DNA of 61,797 bases from Christensenella sp. UBA1750 (GTDB taxonomy: Bacteria; Bacillota; Clostridia; Christensenellales; UBA1750): contig DCHO01000049.1 of NCBI GenBank assembly GCA_002315655.1, positions 1 through 61,797 of the forward strand, read 5' to 3'. The notes beneath the pieces were generated by a model. The model was not told the origin of the DNA, ran no database searches, and worked only from the letters and a program-made list of their open reading frames with translations. Below, one piece after another: positions 8,476 through 18,412 of this stretch; position 1 is the first letter of the stretch, and each line of letters opens with the position of its first letter. The position numbers and the translations under genes were made by a program.

Positions 8476-9411
8476 ATGAAGCTGTCTTTATCATCCTGCA
8501 GTCTCAATGAATACTTAAAAGAAGGCTTGTCCGAGTACGAATCCCTTGCCGCCATCAAGGAGGCGGGCTTCAACTGCACGGACTATGACATTCACCAGTC
8601 GCTGTACTGCGACCCTGAGAAGTTCGGCAAGGAAGCCAAGGAGAACCTGGAAAAGCTGGGCATGACCGCGCCTCAGGCGCACGCCCCCGGCATCAACCCC
8701 ATGGATCCCGCCAGCAAAGAGCGGTTGGGAGAGATTCGTGACGCCATCCGCTTCTGCGGCTACGCGGGCATTCCCGGCATCGTGGTGCACCCCGGCGCCA
8801 TGGACGGCTTCACCGCAGAGGAATTTTTCGACAAGAACGTGGCTTTCTATAAATCCCTGATTCCCACCTGCGAGGAAGCAAATGTCAAGCTGCTCATTGA
8901 GAACATCGGCAACTACGCCGACCCCTACTATCTGTGGGATGGCAAGGCGCTGCGCAATATGGTGGAGGCCGTGGAGAGCGAGCTCGCTCTGGCCTGCTGG
9001 GATGTGGGACACTCCAACCACTTTTACCGCAAGGACTGCGACCCGTACCAGTCCATTCTGGATGTGGGCGATAAGCTCTACGCCACCCATGTGCACGACA
9101 ACTGCGGCTATTTTACCGACCCTATCGAGCATCACCGCATTGATATGCACGCCATGCCTTACGCCTCCGTCTGGTGCAATGTGAACTTTGACGCGGTTGT
9201 GAAGGGACTTGTGGACGCGAACTACAAGGGCACCTTCAATCTGGAATCCATTGTCTGCGCACCCCGCATCGTGAACCAGTCCGTGACGGTAAACGGCGAA
9301 GTGTTCAACCGTCTGCGCATTCTGCCCCTGCGCGCATGGATCGCCTGTAACCGCGGTTTGTACGAGGTAGGCAAAGCGATGTTGGAAGCCTACGACGCTT
9401 TCGAGGAATAA
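8476..9411 (+). CDS. Sugar phosphate isomerase/epimerase (xylose isomerase-like TIM barrel)
   Basis: QAHAP, VVHPG, LLIENI, CWDVGH, THVHDN, FNLE metal-binding pattern. Confidence 0.8.
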   Translation: MKLSLSSCSLNEYLKEGLSEYESLAAIKEAGFNCTDYDIHQSLYCDPEKFGKEAKENLEKLGMTAPQAHAPGINPMDPASKERLGEIRDAIRFCGYAGIPGIVVHPGAMDGFTAEEFFDKNVAFYKSLIPTCEEANVKLLIENIGNYADPYYLWDGKALRNMVEAVESELALACWDVGHSNHFYRKDCDPYQSILDVGDKLYATHVHDNCGYFTDPIEHHRIDMHAMPYASVWCNVNFDAVVKGLVDANYKGTFNLESIVCAPRIVNQSVTVNGEVFNRLRILPLRAWIACNRGLYEVGKAMLEAYDAFEE

Positions 9412-9531
9412 TTTTTCGGAAGAAAAGCGGAGAAGTTTTCAAAAACCCTTGCGTAAGAAACGTATATGGTGGTAAAATGAAAACAGAAACGCAGAGATTT
9501 TTCTGTGAATAAACTATGGAGGTACACTATC

Positions 9532-9702
9532 ATGGCATTCAAGATTTCTGATGCTTGCATCATGTGCGGTGCCTGCGCCGCTGACTGCCCCGTTTCCGCC
9601 ATCTCTGAAGGCGACGGCAAGTTCGTCATCGATCCCGACACCTGCATCAGCTGCGGCGCCTGCGCCGGCACCTGCCCCGTTGGTGCTCCCGCTGAGGAGT
9701 AA
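9532..9702 (+). CDS. fdx: 2[4Fe-4S] clostridial-type ferredoxin
   Basis: Two CxxCxxCxxxCP motifs in 56 aa; GGAGG RBS. Confidence 0.95.
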   Translation: MAFKISDACIMCGACAADCPVSAISEGDGKFVIDPDTCISCGACAGTCPVGAPAEE

Positions 9703-9719
9703 TTTTTCGGGTAACATCA

Positions 9720-9772
9720 AAGACCTTTGCTTTTCGTGTGCGTTCACAAAAAGCAAAGGTCTTATTCTTTTT
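9720..9772 (+). terminator. Rho-independent terminator
   Basis: AAGACCTTTGCTTT...AAAGCAAAGGTCTT then ATTCTTTTT. Confidence 0.8.
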
Positions 9773-9844
9773 ACAAATTATGGAAAAACAGGAGATAAAC
9801 CGTCTCCTGATTGTAAATATTTTTTGTCTATTTGTATATCGGGT

Positions 9845-9873
9845 TTGACCGCATGGGGGAAGTATGGTAAAAT
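9845..9873 (+). promoter_or_regulatory. Sigma-A type promoter
   Basis: TTGACC-17nt-TAAAAT with extended TG. Confidence 0.65.
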
Positions 9874-9974
9874 AGAAAACAAAATAGGGATTTTCGGAAC
9901 ATTTTTGTCCCTGTATCGTTTACAGTACAAAGTCAGCATACAGATAGAAAAGCTGTGATCAAAGGAGGATTCCC

Positions 9975-12900
9975 GTGAAGAAAAAAATCGTTTCGTTGTT
10001 GTTATCCGTGATTATACTGGTCGTGACGATCGCCATGTGGGTCCCGGGCGTTTCCGCCTCCACAAACGGCATGATTCGCGTCTGGCTCAAATCCATGGAT
10101 TATGACGGAAGCATTTATTCCACCTCCGTCACCCTTTCGGGCTCCTATTCCGTGCCCTCCAATCAGGACATTCAGTTGACCACAAGAGGAACCTATTCCG
10201 TCTCCGTTTCCACCTCGGGCACCCTGCTGCTCTCCGGCACGGGGATCGACACCCCAGTGGACATGGGCACCTCCTTCACCATGAAGACCCACGCCAATGA
10301 CGACGGCTCCATCGGCACCATTTCTTTATATAACACCAAGTACGGCAACCGCGCCTACCGCGGAGATATGCTCTTTATGGTCAACAACGGTGCGCTGCGT
10401 CTCATCAACACCGTCTATATTGAGGATTATCTCTACGGCGTGCTGGCGGGCGAGCTCTCCAACACCTTCCCGCTGGAGACCCTGAAAGCGCAGGCGATCA
10501 TTGCCCGTTCCTATGCCTACAACAAGATGCAGAACGGTTCCTCGTCCTACGACATTACCGACTGCTCCGACTGTCAGGTGTACAAGGGCTACAATTCCTC
10601 CAATGATGTCATCATCAACGCAGTGGATTCCACTGCGGGCATTCTGCTCAAATATGACGGCAGCGTGGTCAACGCCTATTTCAGCGCCTCCAACGGCGGT
10701 CAGGTGGAATTGCCCGGCAATGCCTGGTCATCGTCCACTTCTTTGGGTTGCTATGTCATGAAGGACGATTCCTACGACCTGAACAATGTTTCTTCGAGAA
10801 TCGTCACCTACACCTTCTCGTCCTCTCCCGATTCGTTGGATTCCTCTCTCTATGCGCTGATTCAGGGAAAGGTCTATACCATGCTCGGCTCTTATCCGAC
10901 CATCCTTTCCATTGACGCGGTAACGCTTTCTGACCCCATCCAGACCGACAAGCGTTCTGTCGGCATTTCCCGCAACTATCAGACCATGAACATGACCCTG
11001 ACCGTACAGGGAACGCAGACCGTCTTTGACGGAACCCAGAGCAGTAATTACGGGGATGCCCAGCAGGTCAACATTTCATTGAGCCTTCACGATGAGGTCA
11101 AATATACCGTTTTCAGCGCCGATTCCGACCTGCGCTTCTTCGCTCTGGAGCAGTCCGGCTCTTACTATTATCTGACCTTAGCCAGATACGGCCACGGCGT
11201 CGGGATGTCCCAGCGCGGCGCACAGCAGATGGCCAAAGAAGGCATGACCTACAAGCAGATCATTAACTTCTATTTTAACGATTGCTCGCTGCCCACCGTG
11301 TCCTTTACCAAGGATGCCCTGACAAAGTATGTGCCCCTTCCTTCCAGCCCCATCGGAACGGCGGAGATCACCGCCTCGTCCCTGACCGTTCGAGCTGAAC
11401 CCAGCACTTCCGCTACCAAGCTCGGCTCACTGACCAAGGGCAGCGTTGTGGATGTTTATGCCAATGACGGCTCCTGGCTCACAGTCGTTTACAACGGCAC
11501 CGTCGCCTATATCAGCGCAAGCTATGCCAACTATACCGATGGTTCCGGTACCGGCTCTTTAGGCGTCGGCACGGAAGGTGTTGCTGCCTCCGCCAGCCCC
11601 ACAGCCTCCAATTCCGCAGAGCTGCTGGCCTCCGGCGACGGCACGGCTACCGTTACCTTAAAGAGTGCTTCTTCTACCTTGAAGCTCCGCTCCACAGCCT
11701 CTTCCTCCGGTTCGGTGATCACCAATGTACCCAACGGCACCGTCGTGACCGTTCTTGCCAAGGGGACGGAGTGGACGCAGGTGATGCTTGCCAACGGCAC
11801 CAAGGGCTATATGGCGACCTCTTACTTGACCTTCAATTCCTCTACGGCCACGGAGACCGCTTCCGCAACCGCGACTGCGACGGCGACCGCCACGGCTGCT
11901 TCCGAGGACACCGTTGTGGCTTACGGCCTTATCACCGGCTCCTCCGTCAACGTGCGCTCCGGCCCTTCCACCAGCGCTTCCAAGGTCGGTTCTCTGCTCA
12001 AAGGCTCTGCCGTTGCCATCATTTCCCAGAACAACGGCTTCTATAAGATCAAGTACAACAACGGCACGGCGTATGTTTCTTCCTCCTACGTCAACGTGAC
12101 AGGAACCGCAAACACCGCAACGCCTGCGCCCTCCGCTTCCGTATCGCCTTCGCCCACACCCACCGCGTTTGTGACTCAGACTCTGATGGTCACGGCGGAC
12201 TATGTGATCGTGGCGGCGGCACCCGGCGGCAATGTCGGCTATGAACAGTGGCCCAAGGGCACGGTTGCCAATATCTTAGGGGAGAGCGGTGACTATTACA
12301 TCGTGTATTCCTCCGCCGGACAGTGCAACGGCTATGTGCCCAAATCCGGGTTCGGAACGGTGAGTGCCGAGCCGACCCAGACCATTCCCGCCGGCAGCAC
12401 CTACATCTCCGCCACATCGGCTTACCTGTATTCCTCTCCCGGAAGCAGTGTGAGAAACGCGGAGTTGTCTTACGGCACCGTTGTCACCATCCAAGGCGAG
12501 AGCGGGGATTACTACTATGTGTATGTAGCTTCCGAGAAGGAATATGGCTATGTGATCAAGTCCTCCGTCTCCACCGCATCCGCAGCGCCGACGGCGACGA
12601 CCAGCCCCTCCGGCACCACTTCCGCAGGAACCATCAAGCTGTCTTCTTCGAGCTCCACGCTCAATATGCGCGCTTCCGCCAGCACTTCTTCCGCCGTTGT
12701 GACCACCTTGAAGAACGGCGCTTCCGTCACCATCACAGGGGAGTCCGGCGACTGGTATGCCATCACCTATGGCAATTACAGCGGCTATGTCATGAAGAAG
12801 TATGTGACCACCGGGTCTTCCTCCGACACAGGCACGTCTTCTTCCAGCGGGAAATATCCTGCGACCATCAGACTGGCTTCCGCCACCTCCACGGTCAATG

Positions 12901-13271
12901 TCCGTGCGGGCGCAGGCACCAACACCTCTAAGCTGGGTACGCTGTCCCACGGCGCGGCGGTCAATGTGGTTGCGCAGAACGGCGACTGGTATAAGATTGA
13001 GTACGGCACCGGCTACGGCTATGTGTTAAAGAGCTATGTGGTGCTCTCCACCGACAGCGGCTCGTCTTCCTCGTCTTCCACTACCTCAACCACAACGGCC
13101 AAGACCACCTCCAACGTCAACCTCCGTTCTTCCGCTTCCACCTCCGGCACCAAGCTCGGAACCTATGTTTCCGGCACGCAGGTGACGGTTCTGGAAAAGG
13201 GCAGCACCTGGTCAAAGGTTTCCGTGGACGGAAAGACGGGCTACATGAAAAACGATTACCTTAAATTCTAA
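9975..13271 (+). CDS. Secreted SpoIID/LytB-domain lytic transglycosylase with about 8 SH3b repeats
   Basis: Signal peptide; IEDYLYGV...ETLKAQAIIARSYA; GHGVGMSQRGA; repeated xNVRxGP...WYxIxY..GYV modules separated by S/T/A linkers. Confidence 0.88.
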   Translation: MKKKIVSLLLSVIILVVTIAMWVPGVSASTNGMIRVWLKSMDYDGSIYSTSVTLSGSYSVPSNQDIQLTTRGTYSVSVSTSGTLLLSGTGIDTPVDMGTSFTMKTHANDDGSIGTISLYNTKYGNRAYRGDMLFMVNNGALRLINTVYIEDYLYGVLAGELSNTFPLETLKAQAIIARSYAYNKMQNGSSSYDITDCSDCQVYKGYNSSNDVIINAVDSTAGILLKYDGSVVNAYFSASNGGQVELPGNAWSSSTSLGCYVMKDDSYDLNNVSSRIVTYTFSSSPDSLDSSLYALIQGKVYTMLGSYPTILSIDAVTLSDPIQTDKRSVGISRNYQTMNMTLTVQGTQTVFDGTQSSNYGDAQQVNISLSLHDEVKYTVFSADSDLRFFALEQSGSYYYLTLARYGHGVGMSQRGAQQMAKEGMTYKQIINFYFNDCSLPTVSFTKDALTKYVPLPSSPIGTAEITASSLTVRAEPSTSATKLGSLTKGSVVDVYANDGSWLTVVYNGTVAYISASYANYTDGSGTGSLGVGTEGVAASASPTASNSAELLASGDGTATVTLKSASSTLKLRSTASSSGSVITNVPNGTVVTVLAKGTEWTQVMLANGTKGYMATSYLTFNSSTATETASATATATATATAASEDTVVAYGLITGSSVNVRSGPSTSASKVGSLLKGSAVAIISQNNGFYKIKYNNGTAYVSSSYVNVTGTANTATPAPSASVSPSPTPTAFVTQTLMVTADYVIVAAAPGGNVGYEQWPKGTVANILGESGDYYIVYSSAGQCNGYVPKSGFGTVSAEPTQTIPAGSTYISATSAYLYSSPGSSVRNAELSYGTVVTIQGESGDYYYVYVASEKEYGYVIKSSVSTASAAPTATTSPSGTTSAGTIKLSSSSSTLNMRASASTSSAVVTTLKNGASVTITGESGDWYAITYGNYSGYVMKKYVTTGSSSDTGTSSSSGKYPATIRLASATSTVNVRAGAGTNTSKLGTLSHGAAVNVVAQNGDWYKIEYGTGYGYVLKSYVVLSTDSGSSSSSSTTSTTTAKTTSNVNLRSSASTSGTKLGTYVSGTQVTVLEKGSTWSKVSVDGKTGYMKNDYLKF

Positions 13272-13280
13272 TTGATCAAC

Positions 13281-13317
13281 AGAAAGGGGCGCGGAAACCA
13301 CACGCGCTCCTTTTTCT
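13281..13317 (+). terminator. Rho-independent terminator
   Basis: AGAAAGGGGCGCG...CGCGCTCCTTTTTCT. Confidence 0.7.
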
Positions 13318-13333
13318 GTGTAACGGAGAAACC

Positions 13334-14089
13334 ATGGAAAACAGGCAACCTCTGCTTTACGAGGGAGAACGGCTGGACGATTTGCAGGTGAACGGTCTGC
13401 ACATCATCCAGCATCCCGGTAGGTTTCGTTTCGGAACCGACGCCGTGCTGCTGCAAAACTTTGCAGAGCTGAAAAAGAATGCAAAAGCCATTGATCTTGG
13501 CACAGGCACGGGGATTTTGCCCATTCTGCTCTGCGCAAGGAACGAAAGCGTTTCCTTTGATGCGGTGGAGATTCAGGCGGACTGCGCGGACATGGCGCGA
13601 CGGTCTGTGGTGCTGAACCGGATGGAAGACCGCATACACATTTATGAGATGGATTTGAAGGATGCTCCTGAACGCTTGGGCGGCGGTTATGACGCGGTGC
13701 TGTGCAACCCGCCCTACGGGAAAAAGGGGAGCGTGCTGCACAATCCCAATGATGCGCTGGCCATTGCCCGGCATGAGATTCTGACAGACCTTGAAACCGT
13801 GCTGGGCACCGCAGGGAGACTGCTGAAAACCGGCGGAAGGCTGTTCATGGTGCATCAGGCGGACAGACTGCCCGAGATCATCCGATTGGCGGCAAGGGAG
13901 AGCCTGACCCTGAAACGGTTGCGGCTTGTGTTTCCCGCCCCGGGCAAATTCGCCCAGTTGGTGCTCATGGATTTCCTCAAGGACGGGCATGAGGGCTGCC
14001 GGGTGCTGCCGCCGCTTACCATGCAGGATGAAAACGGCGATGTTGCCCAAGAGCTTCAGCGGATTTATCGCGGTGAAAAGACCGTTTGA
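13334..14089 (+). CDS. tRNA1(Val) A37 N6-methyltransferase (YabB/TrmN6 family)
   Basis: FRFGTDAVLL, IDLGTGTG, CNPPY, ALAIARHE. Confidence 0.88.
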   Translation: MENRQPLLYEGERLDDLQVNGLHIIQHPGRFRFGTDAVLLQNFAELKKNAKAIDLGTGTGILPILLCARNESVSFDAVEIQADCADMARRSVVLNRMEDRIHIYEMDLKDAPERLGGGYDAVLCNPPYGKKGSVLHNPNDALAIARHEILTDLETVLGTAGRLLKTGGRLFMVHQADRLPEIIRLAARESLTLKRLRLVFPAPGKFAQLVLMDFLKDGHEGCRVLPPLTMQDENGDVAQELQRIYRGEKTV

Positions 14090-14090
14090 A

Positions 14091-14119
14091 TTGACAAGGA
14101 CGGGAAACTGGTGTATCGT
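14091..14119 (+). promoter_or_regulatory. Sigma-A type promoter for yabM-yabN
   Basis: TTGACA-17nt-TATCGT with TG before the -10. Confidence 0.5.
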
Positions 14120-14156
14120 AAAAAACGATTCTGATTGATGTGAGGAGAAACGCAAA

Positions 14157-15761
14157 GTGAGCAAGGAAAGTAAGTCCTTTGTGGGCGGCGCGTCCATACT
14201 GGCGCTGGCGGGTCTGATCGGCAAGGTCATCGGTATGTTCTACCGCGTTTGGCTGACCGGGCTCATCACGACGGAGGGCATGGCGCTCTATGGCTACCCC
14301 TATTCGGTGTATTCCTTTTTGCTGGTGGTGTCCTCGGCGGGTCTGCCGACGGCCATTTCCAAGATGGTCTCCGAGCAGCTGGTCTCGGGGAATACAGTGG
14401 GGGCGAACGCCATTTTAAGAAAAACAAGGCGCATCCTGCTGTGCACCGGCGCAGCCTGTACGCTGATTATGGGAGTGCTGGCCAAGCCCATCGCCGCGCA
14501 GATGGGAGACGCCGCCTCCGCGCCCGGGTTTGTGGCGCTGGCCCCGTCTATCTTCTTTGTGTGCCTGCTCTCCTCCTATCGCGGCTATTTCCAGGGAATG
14601 CAGAATATGACCCCCACGGCCATCTCGCAGCTCATTGAGACCGTCGGCAAGGTTGCCTTCGGCTATTATTTCGTCCACGAATTTTCTTCTTATGGGTTGG
14701 TTTGGGGCGCGGTTGGCGCAATCGTCGGTGTGACGCTGGCGGAATTGCTCGCCATGCTCTTTATCATGGTGCGTTTCGGACTGCATAAAGCCACCTTGCC
14801 CAAGCGGGGCGACGCGGGAAATCAGGCGATCCCGGACTTCTATATGAGATTATTCGGTATTGCCATCCCCGTCACCATCGGCGCATCCATGATGCCCATT
14901 GTGAACCTTGTGGATGCCGCGTTGGTGGTCAATCGGCTCTCCAAGATCGGCTATGCGGTGGAGGAGGCACGCAACGCTTACGGCGTGCTCACCAGCATGG
15001 TCAATACTATGGTCAATATGCCTGCCGTGGTCACACTGTCGTTCTCCATGTCGCTGGTGCCCGCTATTTCCATGGCAATCGCCGCGAAGAACAGACGTGC
15101 TTTGCAAAGAACCGTGGCAACGGGGTTGAAGCTCGCGCTGATGTTCGGCTCTGCCGCCGCCGTCGGCATGGGCTTGCTCTCCAAACAAATCTTAACCCTG
15201 CTCTATTCCTCCCAGTCCGCCCAGTCTCTTGAATTGGGCGGAAAGATGCTCTCCGTCATGTCCGTTGGCATCCTGTTCCTATCCCTTGTGCAGACCACAA
15301 CCGGGATGTTGCAGGGGTTGGGAAAGCCGGGCTATCCCGTAAAAACTTTAGCTGTGGGCGTGGTGTTCAAGATCGCTCTGAACGCCGTGCTCATCGGCAT
15401 TCCCTCCGTAAATGTTTTAGGCGCGGCGTATGCCACTGTGGTTTGCTACGGCATCGCGGCAATAGGCAATGTGTTCATGGTCATCAAGCTCTCCAAGACG
15501 AAGATTGCACTGGGCGACGGACTTGTGCGCCCCGTGCTGACGGCGGCGGGCATGGCGGCTGTGGTGTGGGCGTTTGTCAGGTTTGCCGGAAATCGGTTCA
15601 GCAACACGATCGTCACCGGCGGCGGTGTGGCAATCGGCGTGCTTACCTATGTGATTCTTGCGCTTGTGCTTCGGGCACTTAATGAAAACGACTGGCAGAT
15701 GATTCCCGGCGGCAGAAAGATACTCAAGCTGTTGCACAGAAAAGGAGGTGCCTCCGCATGA
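14157..15761 (+). CDS. MOP-family flippase (YabM/SpoVB/MurJ-like polysaccharide biosynthesis protein)
   Basis: KVIGMFYR, GLPTAISK, YRGYFQG, PTAISQLIE; many TM helices; precedes yabN. Confidence 0.88.
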   Translation: MSKESKSFVGGASILALAGLIGKVIGMFYRVWLTGLITTEGMALYGYPYSVYSFLLVVSSAGLPTAISKMVSEQLVSGNTVGANAILRKTRRILLCTGAACTLIMGVLAKPIAAQMGDAASAPGFVALAPSIFFVCLLSSYRGYFQGMQNMTPTAISQLIETVGKVAFGYYFVHEFSSYGLVWGAVGAIVGVTLAELLAMLFIMVRFGLHKATLPKRGDAGNQAIPDFYMRLFGIAIPVTIGASMMPIVNLVDAALVVNRLSKIGYAVEEARNAYGVLTSMVNTMVNMPAVVTLSFSMSLVPAISMAIAAKNRRALQRTVATGLKLALMFGSAAAVGMGLLSKQILTLLYSSQSAQSLELGGKMLSVMSVGILFLSLVQTTTGMLQGLGKPGYPVKTLAVGVVFKIALNAVLIGIPSVNVLGAAYATVVCYGIAAIGNVFMVIKLSKTKIALGDGLVRPVLTAAGMAAVVWAFVRFAGNRFSNTIVTGGGVAIGVLTYVILALVLRALNENDWQMIPGGRKILKLLHRKGGASA

Positions 15762-17050
15762 TTACCGTTGTCGGACTGGGCATCACCTTGGATAACCTGA
15801 CTATGGGAGCAATCAGCGCCCTGCAAAGCGGGAAGGCCGTTCTGCTCCGCACCGATGTGACCCCGGTGGCCAAGTGGCTGCAGGAACAGGAGATTGCGTT
15901 TTCCTCCATGGATGATCTCTATGAGCAGACGGAAGACTATGACGAGGTGATTTCCTGTATCACCGCCCGCGTGTTGCGTGCGGCGGAACAGAGCGATGTG
16001 GTCTATGGCGTGCTGGGCGGCGGAGGACTGATGGACGCCACCGTGCAGGCGGTGACAAAGGCCGCAAAAGAACAGGATATTCCTTATGAAATGATTCCCG
16101 GCGTGGGGCTGTACGAACAGGCGGCCATGCAGGTGGGTGGTCTGGACAATGCCGCGGTCATTGCCGCCATTGACTTTCAAAACAGCCGTGTGGACGTTTC
16201 CCGCCCGCTGATTCTCTGCGAGCTTAACGACCGCGTGACGGCTTCGGAGTGCAAATTGCAGCTGCTGGAGCAGTATCCCGCAGAATGGGAAATTTATGTG
16301 ACGAATCAAAGGATAGCTTTGGAAGAGCTGGACAGAATAGAGCATTATGACCACCTGTCCTTTGCCGTCCTGCCCGCGTTGCCCAACGAGAAAGCGGAAA
16401 TGCTCAATGCGGAACAGCTCATGGAACGCATTGCGCAGGAGGACGAGCAGGAGGAAAGCGTCCTTAAAAACAGGCTCGTTTCCGATGCCATGCAGGTCGG
16501 AGAGGATGCGGAGGAGGGATTATCCGCGCTGCTGCTGGACATTTTCCGGCTGTGCAGATATTATACCGACAGGGACGAGTTCACCCTTTATGACCTGCTG
16601 ACAGACGCTTCTTATCTGATGACGGAAAAGGAAGCTGTGAAGGGCGGCACGGTCACGGACAGCATGAAGGACATTCCCAAGAACTGCTCCGCGCTGCTGC
16701 GGGCGGATCGGGTGCAGGCTTTGGCCAAGGCGGTCGGCTTTGACTGGGACGACCCCAAAGACGCGCTGCAAAAGGTGCGGGAGGAAGCGGATGAGACGGA
16801 GGAGGTGCTGCACAATGCGGACAAGCTCCCCGGCGAACTGGGCGATCTGCTCTTTGCCGCGGTCAATGTCTGCCGCATGACGGGCATTTCCCCGGAAACG
16901 GCACTGAACCTGACCACGGAAAAGTTCATGAGACGGTTTGCTTATATCGAACGCACAGCGTATGCGCAGGGGAAGGATTTGTGCAGCATGACCCTTGAAG
17001 AAATGGATGCGCTGTGGAACGAAGCCAAGAAAAAAGAGCAATTTACCTAA
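15758..17050 (+). CDS. YabN-like tetrapyrrole methylase/MazG fusion with degenerate first MazG domain
   Basis: MITVVGLG N-terminus; GFDWDD...KVREE..E...ELGDLLFAAVN, KFMRRF C-terminal MazG domain. Confidence 0.82.
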   Translation: MITVVGLGITLDNLTMGAISALQSGKAVLLRTDVTPVAKWLQEQEIAFSSMDDLYEQTEDYDEVISCITARVLRAAEQSDVVYGVLGGGGLMDATVQAVTKAAKEQDIPYEMIPGVGLYEQAAMQVGGLDNAAVIAAIDFQNSRVDVSRPLILCELNDRVTASECKLQLLEQYPAEWEIYVTNQRIALEELDRIEHYDHLSFAVLPALPNEKAEMLNAEQLMERIAQEDEQEESVLKNRLVSDAMQVGEDAEEGLSALLLDIFRLCRYYTDRDEFTLYDLLTDASYLMTEKEAVKGGTVTDSMKDIPKNCSALLRADRVQALAKAVGFDWDDPKDALQKVREEADETEEVLHNADKLPGELGDLLFAAVNVCRMTGISPETALNLTTEKFMRRFAYIERTAYAQGKDLCSMTLEEMDALWNEAKKKEQFT

Positions 17051-17173
17051 AAAACAGGCGAGTTTCATATAAAGTTAATATTTCTTTGAAGGAATATGCG
17101 TGGATTTTGGCGAAATCATAGAAGCAAAGCCAATGCGGCTTGCTACCATTACTTTCAGGAGGATATTTTTTCC

Positions 17174-17449
17174 ATGAATAAAGCTGAGTTGATCACCGCC
17201 GTTGCTACCAAGAGCGGTATTACCCGTAAGGACGCCGATAAGCTCGTGTCCTCTGTTCTTGACACCATCACCGAGACTTTGGCTGCCGGTGAAAAGGTTT
17301 CCCTCGTTGGTTTTGGCACCTTCGATGTCAAGGAACGCGCCGCTCATCGCGGAATCAACCCCTCCACCAAGGAGCCCATGCAGATCTCTTCCAGCAAGAG
17401 CGCTGTGTTCAAGTCCGGTAAGCAGCTCAAGGAAGCTGTCAATCCCTAA
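17174..17449 (+). CDS. hup: DNA-binding protein HU
   Basis: MNKAELI, VSLVGFGTF, GINPST, FKSGKQLKEAV. Confidence 0.95.
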   Translation: MNKAELITAVATKSGITRKDADKLVSSVLDTITETLAAGEKVSLVGFGTFDVKERAAHRGINPSTKEPMQISSSKSAVFKSGKQLKEAVNP

Positions 17450-17512
17450 GACAGAGCAAAGTAAACCGTATCTTGGAGACAAGGTATGGTTTTTATCATT
17501 TTGTGAAAAGTT

Positions 17513-18412
17513 ATGAAAAACAGAGTAAGCGCGTGCGTAACAGCGGAATATGAAGGGAAACTGCTCAAGGATTTTGCAAAATCGGTGATGCAGCTTTCTT
17601 CCACGCGCTTAAAAAAAGCCAAGCATATTGAAAACGGCATCCTGCTCAACGGGAAAAGCGTTTTCGTAAACGAGGTTCTGCATTCCGGCGATCTCATTGA
17701 GATTGCGCTGGAAGAGGATAATGCCGTGTCGGAAAATATTTTGCCGGTTTCGGGCGAGCTTTCGGTGCTCTACCGGGACGAATACTATACCGTGCTGGAT
17801 AAGCCGCCCAAAATGCCTGTGCATCCCAACGTCTGGCACCCGACAGATGCGTTGGCCAACCGTTACATAGCGCACTTCGGCGGCGTTTTCCGCCCGGTCA
17901 ATCGGCTGGATGCGGGAACCTCGGGGCTGATGATCGCGGCGGGAAACCCGCAGATTCACACGCTGCTCTCTGCGCAGATGCACACCGATGCGTTTCAAAG
18001 GGAATATCTGGCGATAACGGAAGGGATTCCTAAGAAAGCTGAAGGAAACATTGACCTGCCCATCGGGCGCGTGGAGGGCTCCTGCATCAAGCGAAAAGTG
18101 GATGCAAACGGACAGAGTGCCGTGACGCAGTACCGTGTGGAAATGGCCGGGAACGGCTTTGCGCTGGTGCGCCTGAAACTGCTCACCGGGCGCACACACC
18201 AGATTCGGGTGCACATGGCGGCCATCGGCTGCCCGCTTATCGGGGATTTTCTCTACGGAAGGGAAGATGCAACGCTCATTCCGCGCCCTGCGCTGCATAG
18301 CCACAAAATCACCTTGACACATCCCGTCACATCCGAAAAGATGGAGTTTATATCGGAGCTTCCCGAAGATATGCAAAAATTGGTCAGGAGGATGCAGAAC
18401 CATGTGGATTGA
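17513..18412 (+). CDS. RluA family pseudouridine synthase
   Basis: LDKPPKMPVHP, NRLDAGTSGL, TGRTHQIRVH, GDFLYG. Confidence 0.92.
   Translation: MKNRVSACVTAEYEGKLLKDFAKSVMQLSSTRLKKAKHIENGILLNGKSVFVNEVLHSGDLIEIALEEDNAVSENILPVSGELSVLYRDEYYTVLDKPPKMPVHPNVWHPTDALANRYIAHFGGVFRPVNRLDAGTSGLMIAAGNPQIHTLLSAQMHTDAFQREYLAITEGIPKKAEGNIDLPIGRVEGSCIKRKVDANGQSAVTQYRVEMAGNGFALVRLKLLTGRTHQIRVHMAAIGCPLIGDFLYGREDATLIPRPALHSHKITLTHPVTSEKMEFISELPEDMQKLVRRMQNHVD

Noticed and set aside
9812-9838. TGTAAA/TGTCTA/TGTATA half-sites upstream of the SpoIID-SH3 gene as a WalR box
   Set aside because: Spacing does not fit TGTWAH-N5-TGTWAH
11845-11900. ACCGCGACTGCG-like short repeats
   Set aside because: They encode a TATATA peptide linker in the SH3b protein; not a CRISPR array or a contingency repeat
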